DNA from: Promethearchaeota archaeon
GTDB taxonomy: Archaea > Asgardarchaeota > Lokiarchaeia > Sigyniarchaeales > SOKP01
Direction: 5' to 3'
Assembly (NCBI GenBank): GCA_029838195.1
Contig: JALGVJ010000061.1
Span: 1-19,352, forward strand
DNA length: 19,352 nucleotides
Shown here: positions 9,988 to 18,739 of the stretch, one piece after another
Layout of the letters: the number at the start of each line of letters is the position of its first letter
Numbering within the stretch: position 1 is the first letter of the stretch
Made by a program: the position numbers and the translations under genes
The notes under the pieces: model-generated
What the model saw: only the letters and a program-made list of their open reading frames with translations
What the model was told of the DNA's origin: nothing
Database searches by the model: none

Positions 9988-10155
9988 GGGTTCTCATCTC
10001 CTTGAATGAGTGGTTTGAGCAATTGGACATGATAAAGTAACCACTAGAGATTTTTTAAAAGAGATGTTCTAATTGTCAATTTTAAGGTTAATAAATTTTA
10101 TAATGAAAATCTTAATTATTTAGAAAGAAAATTGGTGATGAGATATATATATTTT

Positions 10156-10173
10156 CTATATAATCTATATATT
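10156..10173 (-). promoter_or_regulatory. Candidate phosphate-regulon operator AATATATAGATTATATAG upstream of phoU
   Basis: Identical 18-mer in the same transcriptional orientation and at a similar distance (168 vs 165 nt gap to start codon) upstream of pstCA. Confidence 0.6.
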
Positions 10174-10532
10174 AAAATATAATCTAATTATTGATTTTTT
10201 ACATGGAGCTCGAGAATGATAAATGCTAATAAAAAATTCATTAGAAAGAACGAGAAGCTCCTTTTAAATGGCATGTTTAACTACTTAATAAAGGAGTGTT
10301 TTAAAATCACCATTCTTGTTATTTGTTTTTTTTAGATTTAAAAGAAATTCTCTTTTTTAATGTTAGATTTCAAGGTGCAATGGAGAGCGTTTATTTGTAC
10401 TTAATAGAATTTAATTTTTAAGGATAAATAATTAATATATTAAAAAAAATCGCTTAATATTTCATTAAAAACGATCAAAAGTATAAAATAAACAATTAAT
10501 ATCAAGAGCATCGGGTCATTCTTTATAATATT

Positions 10533-11294
10533 GTGGATGAGCTAACCAAACAATATTTTATTGATGTTTTTGGATCACTACCCAGATGTGGTCCTGGCTC
10601 AGTGGAAACAACGAGAAGAGCCTATTCATGTTTAAAAGATGTTCCAGCAAATCCGAAGATCTTAGATATTGGTGTAGGTATAGGCATATCAACCATAGAA
10701 TTAGCTAAAATATCAAAGGGAACCATATTTGCTATCGACATTATACCCGAATATTTAAAAAGGTTAAAAGAAAAGATGGATGATGAGGATGTTCAAAATA
10801 TTACAACCCTTTTAATGTCCATGGATGATATAACTTTTCCAGAAGATACGTTTGATATTATCTGGAGTGAAGGTTCGGTATTTATCATTGGAATTGAACG
10901 AGGGCTTAAAAATTGGAAAGATTTTTTAAAATCAGGAGGTTATTTAGCTTTCTCTGATATGATTTGGTTTAACCGAAATGCACCTCGAGCCCTTAAAGAA
11001 TATATAGATACCGAATATGAGGGATTACCAAAAATGCTGGACAATGGACAAATCTTAAATCTTATAAAGAAACATGGATACAAATTGGTAGCCTATTTTA
11101 AACTAGACGAAAAAAGAGATTGGTGGGATAATTTCTACATTCCCCTGGAAAAGTCGATTCCTTACTTTAGAAATAAATATAAAGATAATAAAAAATACTT
11201 GGATATGTTAGAGCTAAACGTTAAGGAGATTGAAAATTTTAGAAAATATTCAGATTTCTATGGATACATGTTTTATATACTGCAAAAGAAATAA
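10533..11294 (+). CDS. Class I SAM-dependent methyltransferase
   Basis: LPRCGPGS..TTRRA, ILDIGVGIG motif I, FDIIWSEGSVFIIG, LKSGGYLAFSD, and C-terminal YGYMFYILQK. GTG start. Confidence 0.92.
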   Translation: MDELTKQYFIDVFGSLPRCGPGSVETTRRAYSCLKDVPANPKILDIGVGIGISTIELAKISKGTIFAIDIIPEYLKRLKEKMDDEDVQNITTLLMSMDDITFPEDTFDIIWSEGSVFIIGIERGLKNWKDFLKSGGYLAFSDMIWFNRNAPRALKEYIDTEYEGLPKMLDNGQILNLIKKHGYKLVAYFKLDEKRDWWDNFYIPLEKSIPYFRNKYKDNKKYLDMLELNVKEIENFRKYSDFYGYMFYILQKK

Positions 11295-11404
11295 CCTGCT
11301 ATTAACGACTGAAATTTTGAGAATTTTTTTTTAAAACAAGTAAACTGCTTTTTAATATCAATTGTAATAATATAAACTTCTCTTTTTTAAGAAGGAATGG
11401 AATC

Positions 11405-11421
11405 CTATATATTTCTATAAA
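11405..11421. promoter_or_regulatory. Variant TATATAG-repeat box upstream of pstS (inverted orientation)
   Basis: CTATATATTTCTATAAA resembles the + strand of the phoU box CTATATAATCTATATA, with 10-bp instead of 9-bp spacing, about 150 nt before the ATG. Confidence 0.35.
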
Positions 11422-11572
11422 GAATATCGAGTTCCATGTTCCTACCATATTTTATATAAGAACTCTTTATTTTTCACTCAATTTTCTCTAAATTAAGATA
11501 AATTTAAAGAGAACGAGAAGTTCGATATTTTATTATTAAAATTACATGATTTGGTGATTGGAGGTAAAGAAG

Positions 11573-12427
11573 ATGGAAAGAAGAAAAAAAATAATTCTAA
11601 GCGCAGGGATTATTATTATAGCTATTCTTGTCGCTTGGATCGGGGTTGCTGCATCAACTTCAAGGCCAAAAACTCTTAAAATAAGTGGTTCGACAACATG
11701 TCTTCCTGTAGTACAAGCATGCGCAACGGCTTATGAAGAAATTCAAACAGAAGTAGGAGTCACGGTAACTGGTGGAGGTAGCAGTGTGGGAGTAAAAGAT
11801 GTCGGAGAGGGAAACTCAGATATTGGCATGACTTCGCGGCCAGTAAAACCTTCAGAACTTGAGGCATATCCCGACATTCAACAACACGCATTTGCCAGAG
11901 ACGGCGTTGCTATCATAGTGAACCTGGCTAATCCCGTTAATGGATTAACGCTTTCCCAAATCAAGCAGATTTATGAAGGAAAAATCACCAATTGGAAAGA
12001 TTTAGGAGGAAATGATGCTCCTATCGTTTTAATGGGGAGAGATAGTGCTTCAGGAACACGGGAAACCTTTGAAACAAAAATAGTCGTAAATGGAGAAAAA
12101 CTTGAAGATTCTGCTGCTTATGAACAAAATCAAGCTAATATTGAGCAATATAATTCCAATGGCGGATTACATGATGCTATTGCTGCTAATCCCAATGCGA
12201 TTGGTTATATCGGTATTGGATATATAGATTCTGATGTCAAAGCCCTTGCCGTTAATGGAATTAGATGTACGGAAGAAACTGTCAAATCTGAGAAATATCC
12301 CATAGCAAGAAAGCTGTATCTATTAACCCTAGGAGCTCCTGATGAACATGAAGCAGATTTTATAAATTTTGTTTTAGGGGAACAAGGACAAGCCATCGTA
12401 CAACAAGAAGGTTTCGTAAAATTATAA
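11573..12427 (+). CDS. pstS: Phosphate ABC transporter substrate-binding protein PstS
   Basis: N-terminal TM anchor, then ISGSTT, GGGSSVG, DIGMTSR, ARDGVAIIVN, GRDSASGTRETF, AIGYIG and YPIARKLYL. ATG at 11573 is preferred over TTG 11558 because GGAGGT lies 7 nt upstream. Confidence 0.95.
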   Translation: MERRKKIILSAGIIIIAILVAWIGVAASTSRPKTLKISGSTTCLPVVQACATAYEEIQTEVGVTVTGGGSSVGVKDVGEGNSDIGMTSRPVKPSELEAYPDIQQHAFARDGVAIIVNLANPVNGLTLSQIKQIYEGKITNWKDLGGNDAPIVLMGRDSASGTRETFETKIVVNGEKLEDSAAYEQNQANIEQYNSNGGLHDAIAANPNAIGYIGIGYIDSDVKALAVNGIRCTEETVKSEKYPIARKLYLLTLGAPDEHEADFINFVLGEQGQAIVQQEGFVKL

Positions 12428-12446
12428 ACCATGAAGTGATTCTTCA

Positions 12447-12464
12447 TTTTTAAGGTTTTTTTTT
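12447..12464 (+). terminator. Possible archaeal oligo-T terminator after pstS
   Basis: T-rich run including a 10-T tract about 30 nt after the pstS stop, followed by a 460-bp gap before pstCA. Confidence 0.35.
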
Positions 12465-12704
12465 GATTCTTATTATGATTTTTGAATTTATCATTTATTA
12501 TATCAAAGTTTCAGGTAATTTTGTTTAATAAAACAATCGTTTACTTCAAGTTAAGAAGTGTATTGAATTAAATATAATTATATCTTTTTCTCGTTCTATT
12601 ATTGTATTCAATTAATTGATTTTAAAAGGTAAAAAAAAAAAATCAAGATAATAGGACATGAGTATTAAAATGAAGATTTTAAGGGTTTCTAATTAAGAAT
12701 CACG

Positions 12705-12743
12705 AATATATAGATTATATAGGAAAAATAGTTTATATATAAA
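12705..12743 (+). promoter_or_regulatory. Candidate operator AATATATAGATTATATAG followed by BRE/TATA-like GGAAAAATAGTTTATATATAAA upstream of pstCA
   Basis: 9-bp periodic TATATAG-at-TATATAG-ga-AAAATAG-tt-TATATAT. The first 18 bp are identical to the phoU box. Confidence 0.6.
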
Positions 12744-12887
12744 AATCTTAAAAGCTTCCTAGCTCTATTTCTCATATATAAGAAGAAAATGATTAAACAT
12801 GACACGGAATTAATGGAGTTCAAGATTTTCTGACGAAATTAAGAGAAATGAATCAATTAAATAAAGTTAAAAAAGAGTGATAAGAAC

Positions 12888-14840
12888 ATGGCTATAATTG
12901 AAGAAGTTAAGGACCAATCTATTGAATTTACATCTCTGAATGAGCCTTCTAGTGATAAAACAATTGCTAAATTGTTATTTACTTGCTCATTCATAGCAAT
13001 ATTTATATTATTCTTAATTATCGTTTTCCTTTTTAACAGATCCTTAAATTTTTTCATGAACTATGACATTCGAGATTTCTTCTTTGGAACTATTTGGTAT
13101 CATAAAAAAGACAAATATGGCGCCGCCCCAATAATCATCGGAACATGTTTAGTAGCATTGGGCTCCATCGTGATTGCGGTTCCTTTAGGAATAGCTACAG
13201 CAATATTCATCTCCGAAATTGCTCCATTTAAATTCAAGCAATACTTAAAAGGGGCAGTAGAATTACTTGCCGGAATTCCTTCCGTAGTATTTGGATTTTT
13301 TGGATTGGTTTTCTTTAATCCCTTATTAATGAAATGGTTTAATCTTGAGTCCGGAAATACATGGTTCTCAGGTTCGGTAATCTTAGCAATAATGACGCTA
13401 CCCACGATAATAAGCGTTTCTGAAGATGCGATAAGCGCAGTACCCCAAAAATATAGAGAAGCATCTCTCGCCATGGGGGCTACAAAATGGCAAACCATCA
13501 CGCGGGTTTTATTACCCTCAGCGATCTCTGGTATCACTGCTGCAATTATTCTTGGTTTGGGCAGGGCTATTGGAGAAACAATGGTGGTATCCATGGTCAT
13601 CGGGAATGCAGCAATCATCCCCGAGCCCATAACCAACATGTTTTCTCCCTTGAAAACCATGACAGCGACGATAGCAATTGACATGCCGGAGGCCTATAAA
13701 CCATTACATGTGGGTGCTTTATATGCTCTTGGCGTAATTTTATTCATGATCACATTAGCAATCAATATCACTGCGAATTACATTCTAGGAAGGATTAAAA
13801 TTAAGTTTACGGGGAAAGAGAGTAAAAAGAAAATTCATTTGATGACTTCAGAAAAAACGAGATGGTTAAAGCCTCTAATTAAAAATATATTAATATTAGC
13901 TATTTTGCTCTGGCTATTTTCCACTTGGATTGGAATTTATCGGAGTATTGTTATTGTTATTGGATTTTATCTTTTATTTAGAATAATTAAGATGTTAAAT
14001 CCCAGAAATAAACAACGCGTGATGTTTGGAATGATTATTGGTGCTGTAATCATTGTCATTATGATTTTAGGCATTATTATAGGATATGTAGTAGTGAGAG
14101 GTTTACCTGTCTTGAGTTGGACATTTCTCATTGAACCTCCAAGAGCTATGGGAAGAGAAGGAGGAATTTCCACGGCGATTATTGGAACATTATTAGTAAT
14201 TTTTGGTTCAATTGCTTTTTCAGTCCCGATTGGCACGTGCGCAGGAATTTATTTGTCGGAATATGCTAAGAGAGAGAATATTTTGACCAAGATCATTAAT
14301 CTTGCCATAGAAAACTTGAATGGGACTCCCTCGATTATATTTGGACTATTTGGATATTCTTTTTTCTTAATTATTTTTAATTTACAGAAATCTCTTTTAG
14401 CCGCTCAATTAACTTTAGGTTTAATGATTCTCCCAACGATAATAAAAACTACCGAAGAAGCTATAAAATCAATTCCGCAAGGATTCAGAGAAGCAAGCTT
14501 AGCTTTGGGATCAACCAAGTGGCAGAGCATTTCTAAAGTAGTATTATCTGCCGCTTTACCGGGAATTATTACAGGTATCATTCTTGGAATGGGCCGAGTA
14601 GCGGGTGAAACTGCTCCATTGCTTTTAGTCGGAGGAACCTTTATCGCACGTTCCTTATCTCCCTTTGATCCGGTTCCAACATTGACTACCCATTTATTCT
14701 TCTTAGCAACTAATGTTCCTGGCCAAGAAGCAAATAATAATGCTGCTGCTACTGCTTTAGTCCTTCTTTTAATCATTATTGTAATTTATGGATTAGCTAT
14801 TTATATTCGAAATTATTTTACAAAACGAATGCGGTGGTGA
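12888..14840 (+). CDS. pstC-pstA: Fused phosphate ABC permease PstC-PstA
   Basis: N-half PstC (ELLAGIPSVVFGFFG, SEDAISAVP...REASLAMGATKWQT, GRAIGETM) and C-half PstA (GIYLSEYA, LNGTPSIIFGLFG, REASLALGSTKWQ, GRVAGETAPL) in one uninterrupted 650-aa frame. Confidence 0.93.
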   Translation: MAIIEEVKDQSIEFTSLNEPSSDKTIAKLLFTCSFIAIFILFLIIVFLFNRSLNFFMNYDIRDFFFGTIWYHKKDKYGAAPIIIGTCLVALGSIVIAVPLGIATAIFISEIAPFKFKQYLKGAVELLAGIPSVVFGFFGLVFFNPLLMKWFNLESGNTWFSGSVILAIMTLPTIISVSEDAISAVPQKYREASLAMGATKWQTITRVLLPSAISGITAAIILGLGRAIGETMVVSMVIGNAAIIPEPITNMFSPLKTMTATIAIDMPEAYKPLHVGALYALGVILFMITLAINITANYILGRIKIKFTGKESKKKIHLMTSEKTRWLKPLIKNILILAILLWLFSTWIGIYRSIVIVIGFYLLFRIIKMLNPRNKQRVMFGMIIGAVIIVIMILGIIIGYVVVRGLPVLSWTFLIEPPRAMGREGGISTAIIGTLLVIFGSIAFSVPIGTCAGIYLSEYAKRENILTKIINLAIENLNGTPSIIFGLFGYSFFLIIFNLQKSLLAAQLTLGLMILPTIIKTTEEAIKSIPQGFREASLALGSTKWQSISKVVLSAALPGIITGIILGMGRVAGETAPLLLVGGTFIARSLSPFDPVPTLTTHLFFLATNVPGQEANNNAAATALVLLLIIIVIYGLAIYIRNYFTKRMRW

Positions 14841-14844
14841 TTGA

Positions 14845-15675
14845 ATGAATTTTAAAGTTGTAAGTAATAACAGAATTTTCAAGCAGAAACAACATGTCAT
14901 TATCGCAGAAAGTGATGTAGATCAAAACATCATTGAATGCAAAAATTTGAATTTATGGTATGAAAAGAATCATGCCCTTATCGATATCAACTTACCCATT
15001 AAAAAAAATCGCGTGACAGCAATTATTGGCCCGTCAGGGTGTGGAAAATCGACATTATTGAGAACTTTTAATCGTATGAATGATATAATTGAAGGGTGCA
15101 CGATTAAAGGAACGGTAATTTTCAAAGGAAAAAATATTTACTCTGAAGGTGTTAATGTAATCGAGATACGGAAGAAAATTGGAATAATATTTCAAAAGCC
15201 AAATCCCTTTCCCATGTCGATATATGACAATGTTGCTTATGGACCTCTCCTTCATGGAATTACAGATATAAAAAGTTTAGATGAAATTGTAGAACAAAGT
15301 TTGAAACGAGCCGTGTTATGGGAAGAGGTTAAGGATAGACTTAAAGCTTCAGCAATGGGACTAAGTGGTGGCCAGCAACAAAGACTATGCATAGCACGAG
15401 CTTTAGCTGTCGAACCAGAAGTTCTTTTAATGGATGAGCCTACCTCAGCTCTCGATCCTATCGCAACACGAAAAATTGAAGATTTAATTCATGAATTGAA
15501 AAAAACGTATACTTTTGTAATAGTGACTCATAACATGCAACAAGCAGCGAGGATTTCTGACTATACAGCGTTCATGTATATGGGAAAAATGATTGAATTT
15601 GGAGACACCATTCAAATTTTTGAGAATCCCCGAGAAGAATTAACAGAGAGTTATATCACCGGTATGTTCGGATGA
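14845..15675 (+). CDS. pstB: Phosphate ABC transporter ATP-binding protein PstB
   Basis: Walker [83 protein letters not shown] and YITGMFG. Confidence 0.97.
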   Translation: MNFKVVSNNRIFKQKQHVIIAESDVDQNIIECKNLNLWYEKNHALIDINLPIKKNRVTAIIGPSGCGKSTLLRTFNRMNDIIEGCTIKGTVIFKGKNIYSEGVNVIEIRKKIGIIFQKPNPFPMSIYDNVAYGPLLHGITDIKSLDEIVEQSLKRAVLWEEVKDRLKASAMGLSGGQQQRLCIARALAVEPEVLLMDEPTSALDPIATRKIEDLIHELKKTYTFVIVTHNMQQAARISDYTAFMYMGKMIEFGDTIQIFENPREELTESYITGMFG

Positions 15676-15745
15676 TTTTTTCAATGCTTTTTCATAAATT
15701 TCTTATCATGCATTTAGTTATAAATGTATTTTTCTGTTTTTTTTA

Positions 15746-16090
15746 TGAGGTAGCAAATTAATCTCAGTTACCACGCTCCAGCTCTAAGATTGGCGACAAA
15801 ACCACCAAAAAGTTGAAAAAACATTACGAGCCATTATAAATATATTAATGAATCGAAAAATTGTGAACGGGACGAGCCGGCATCGGATATAATCTTCCAA
15901 TATTCTGAAGAAGTAATAAGACAGCTAAGAAAGCAATTAAGCGCTGCCATTCGGGAAATAAGTGCTATTGGTCGGGCAAGAAGCAAGCAATACAGGGAAT
16001 TTGACATGTATGTGAATAAGCACGTCCGACAAAAAGCAAAAAAAGGCGGGGGCGCAATTTAGTCGGAGGTGAGATTAATTTGCTACCTCA
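15746..16090. mobile_element. MITE-like non-autonomous element, 345 bp, perfect TIRs, flanked by TA
   Basis: TA-TGAGGTAGCAAATTAATCTCA (15744-15766) and its exact reverse complement TGAGATTAATTTGCTACCTCA-TA (16070-16092). The interior is more GC-rich than the poly-T flanks. Confidence 0.88.
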
Positions 16091-16108
16091 TATTTTTTTT
16101 ATTTTTAG

Positions 16109-16309
16109 GTGATTTCTTTACCAATTAAGTTTTTTTATAGGATTGAGGCCTTGTTTTTATTCTTAATTAGCTTAATCTTTATTCTCTATAATTCAGTAGT
16201 AATTTCTTCACCTAATTGGAAGAATATCGTTTTTTTACTTTCAATCGCTTTTTTTGTTTTTTATAACATGAAAATGATGGTAAGAGAGAGGATAAACTCT
16301 CGTAATTAA
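16109..16309 (+). CDS. Possible small two-TM hypothetical membrane protein
   Basis: 66-aa ORF with two hydrophobic stretches and a GTG start. It may be a by-product of T-rich DNA. Confidence 0.25.
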   Translation: MISLPIKFFYRIEALFLFLISLIFILYNSVVISSPNWKNIVFLLSIAFFVFYNMKMMVRERINSRN

Positions 16310-16357
16310 ATTACACGAGATTGACCCATCTTTTCTTTAGATATATCAATTTTTAAA

Positions 16358-17938
16358 TTAAAACAAAGAATTTCCTATAACAGATTTATGGGGTTGTTTC
16401 CCTAAGGCTTTTAATAATGTTGGAACAACATCAGTTATTTTACAAAATTTAATGTATTTTTTCGGAATTTCAGGGGAACCCGAGATAATCAAGGGAACCA
16501 AGGCACTCTCTTTAATTCCCAAGTCGTGGGAATAAAGATAAGCATTGTTTTTTCTCTTTCCTCTTTTCAAATTATAAATCCGTGTTCCATCCGTACTGAG
16601 AATTATATCACCACTGCGGGGGTTTTTAAAATAGCGGGAGAGTAAATCGGGATAAAGCGGATAATTAAAAGTAGCAGAAAAATTGATCCAACCATTGATA
16701 TCATGATAATGATTATTCACGTATTTTGAAGCATTTTCATGAAAAGAATATTCAAGGGGGTCTTGTTCCTCATTACCTACTATATATTTTGTTTTTAGGG
16801 TTTTCCCTTTCCCTTGATATTCTATCCTGCTAGCATGAATTTTCCCGGTCTTGGCATCCTTTTTTAATACATGAAGGGTTCCCTTGTCAATTGTATTATT
16901 ATCATCCCTATAAATTAAAAAACTTGCTCCTGGTATTCGTAATAATTCATGTAATAGATTGATCTTTTTCGGACCGTAATTTTCTAATTCTTTTATGGTT
17001 GGAGGTTCCCAAGTTTTTTCGGAGCTTTTGTCAGAACCTTTGGCTTTAAAATAAAAAAAACCAATTCCGTCAAATTCGGCAATATTTACATTCCCTCTCG
17101 GATTGTAGGGAGGATTATAAATTTTTAATCCATTTTCTCTCAAAAAAGGGGTAAGATCACCAATTTTTTTAGCTTTATAATTTCCATGGTCAGACAAGAG
17201 AGCTATGGCAGTATCATCCAAATAGCCCATTTTATCCAATTCTTCACATAATACGCCCATGCAAGCATCAATGTGTTTTAAATTTAATTTATAAGCCTCA
17301 GAATCGTATCCATGAAAATGCATGAAAATATCGGGTGTCATGAACCATAATAGAGAGGCAATAGGGGGTTCTTTTGAGGGAAAATAATGATGGGGATTTT
17401 TGAATGTGTCTAATAATTTTTGAACCACGATTGAGTTAACTCTTATAGCCATTTTTCTCATCTGAATGGACTGGCGTAGGATTAAATAGTATAGAATTAG
17501 TTTAACTTTATTTTCGGGAAAGAAATAATCCGTTCCACGACTTATGAATTGTGCGATGCTTGATTTATTTCCTTCATTAATCATTTCGAACAAGGTTCTA
17601 CAATTTTTACCCAGATCTTCATTTACTTTATAAATTTGTAAATTCCGGGCGGCATAATTTCTAATAAACGGTTTACCCCCAGTTCTTTCCATCCAATTAA
17701 AAAGAGGAACTCCATGGCAAGGCTCCTTACGATAATTTCCCGTATATGTCCCGGTAATAATAGACACGTGAGAAGGAAAGGTAATTGCAGGAAAATCGGT
17801 GATGCAAATATCGCTCCATATTCCTTTTTCCATGAGCTTTTTAAAATTGGGCAATAATCCACTTCGGATAAAATAAAAAAAATCACTTGATTTTACGTCA
17901 TCTAAAATGCATAAAATGACGTGATTGATCGTGTTCAT
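16358..17938 (-). CDS. Alkaline phosphatase superfamily protein, nucleotide pyrophosphatase/phosphodiesterase (NPP)-type
   Basis: VILCILDDV, FPAITFPSHVSIITG (Thr nucleophile), PDIFMHFHG, LLSDHG, RSGDIIL, H..VPLIISG and DVVPTLL. ATG at 17938 is preferred over GTG 17980. No signal peptide. Confidence 0.88.
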   Translation of the reverse strand: MNTINHVILCILDDVKSSDFFYFIRSGLLPNFKKLMEKGIWSDICITDFPAITFPSHVSIITGTYTGNYRKEPCHGVPLFNWMERTGGKPFIRNYAARNLQIYKVNEDLGKNCRTLFEMINEGNKSSIAQFISRGTDYFFPENKVKLILYYLILRQSIQMRKMAIRVNSIVVQKLLDTFKNPHHYFPSKEPPIASLLWFMTPDIFMHFHGYDSEAYKLNLKHIDACMGVLCEELDKMGYLDDTAIALLSDHGNYKAKKIGDLTPFLRENGLKIYNPPYNPRGNVNIAEFDGIGFFYFKAKGSDKSSEKTWEPPTIKELENYGPKKINLLHELLRIPGASFLIYRDDNNTIDKGTLHVLKKDAKTGKIHASRIEYQGKGKTLKTKYIVGNEEQDPLEYSFHENASKYVNNHYHDINGWINFSATFNYPLYPDLLSRYFKNPRSGDIILSTDGTRIYNLKRGKRKNNAYLYSHDLGIKESALVPLIISGSPEIPKKYIKFCKITDVVPTLLKALGKQPHKSVIGNSLF

Positions 17939-18512
17939 TGTAAATATGAAAACCCAAATCGAGAAAAAGTTTTGGTTCACTTTGGGGCTTGTTTTGAAAT
18001 CAAAATCTTTTAAATTAAAGTTATCCTCTTAAAAGCGTTAATATTTAATCTTTTTCTGAAACATTCATATTTATTCTTCCAAAATACTGAATGCATTAGA
18101 TTTCTTAATGCAATCTTTCTCTTCTTGATTTGATGATTTTGATGAGTATTTGGGTTCTTCTCTTAGAATTTCAGATGTGAGAAAATGGCATAAAAACATA
18201 AAATTTTCAAGATTTAGACTATTCAAAATAATTGATTAGATTATTTTTTTGATAATTTTTTTTTTAATATTCTTTATTGCTCCAATTTTAAATAAAAATA
18301 ATATTATAAATTTATTTTCGGTATCAAATGTAAAAGTAATACGTTAAATCTCTTTTTAAAGATTATTTCTCATAAAAAAATAAACAATGTTCAATTCGAT
18401 ATTTTTTCTTCTATTTGCGTGTTAGAACTTTTTTTCTTTATATAGAGTGAAAGTATTTAAATACTATACAAGGGGGAGTATCAAAAAAATGACGTTTAAA
18501 TGTTCATGCTAT

Positions 18513-18650
18513 TTAATCTTGATAATAATCTTGATAACCTTTGCTCACGGCATGTCCCTTGAGAAGGGCAAGCTGTCGATTTAAATCTCCCGATGCCTTT
18601 TGTCGAGTGCCGGATACTCGTCCGTAGAGTGCCATAAAACTTTTTTTCAT
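18513..18650 (-). pseudogene. IS607-type serine recombinase (TnpA) catalytic N-terminal remnant
   Basis: Hand translation MKKSFMALYGRVSGTRQKASGDLNRQLALLKGHAVSKGYQDYYQD* matches the YxRVS..Q...DL.RQ...L......GY resolvase motif. It ends at a 12-bp tandem duplication TAATCTTGATAA (18514-18537). Confidence 0.75.
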
Positions 18651-18739
18651 GATTTATTAATTTTGTTATTTAACTCCCGCATTTATTTCTCTTTTAATAA
18701 AAAAAACTATATATCAATGACATCGTCTTATTTAAACAT

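Noticed and set aside
16298-16320. Imperfect palindrome TCTCGTAATTAAATTACACGAGA as a terminator hairpin
   Set aside because: It is short, bulged and AT-rich, and archaeal termination generally relies on oligo-T tracts, so support is insufficient.
9081-17886. Short ORFs overlapping phoU, pstS, pstCA, pstB and the NPP gene (9081-9272, 9395-9781, 12205-12447, 12857-13057, 13100-13684, 13487-13681, 13967-14236, 14405-14776, 15055-15255, 17623-17886)
   Set aside because: They are antisense or alternate-frame shadows of well-supported genes.
18540-18640. GC-richer intergenic patch as riboswitch or ncRNA
   Set aside because: It is better explained by minus-strand translation to a serine recombinase motif, and I recognised no riboswitch or tRNA consensus.
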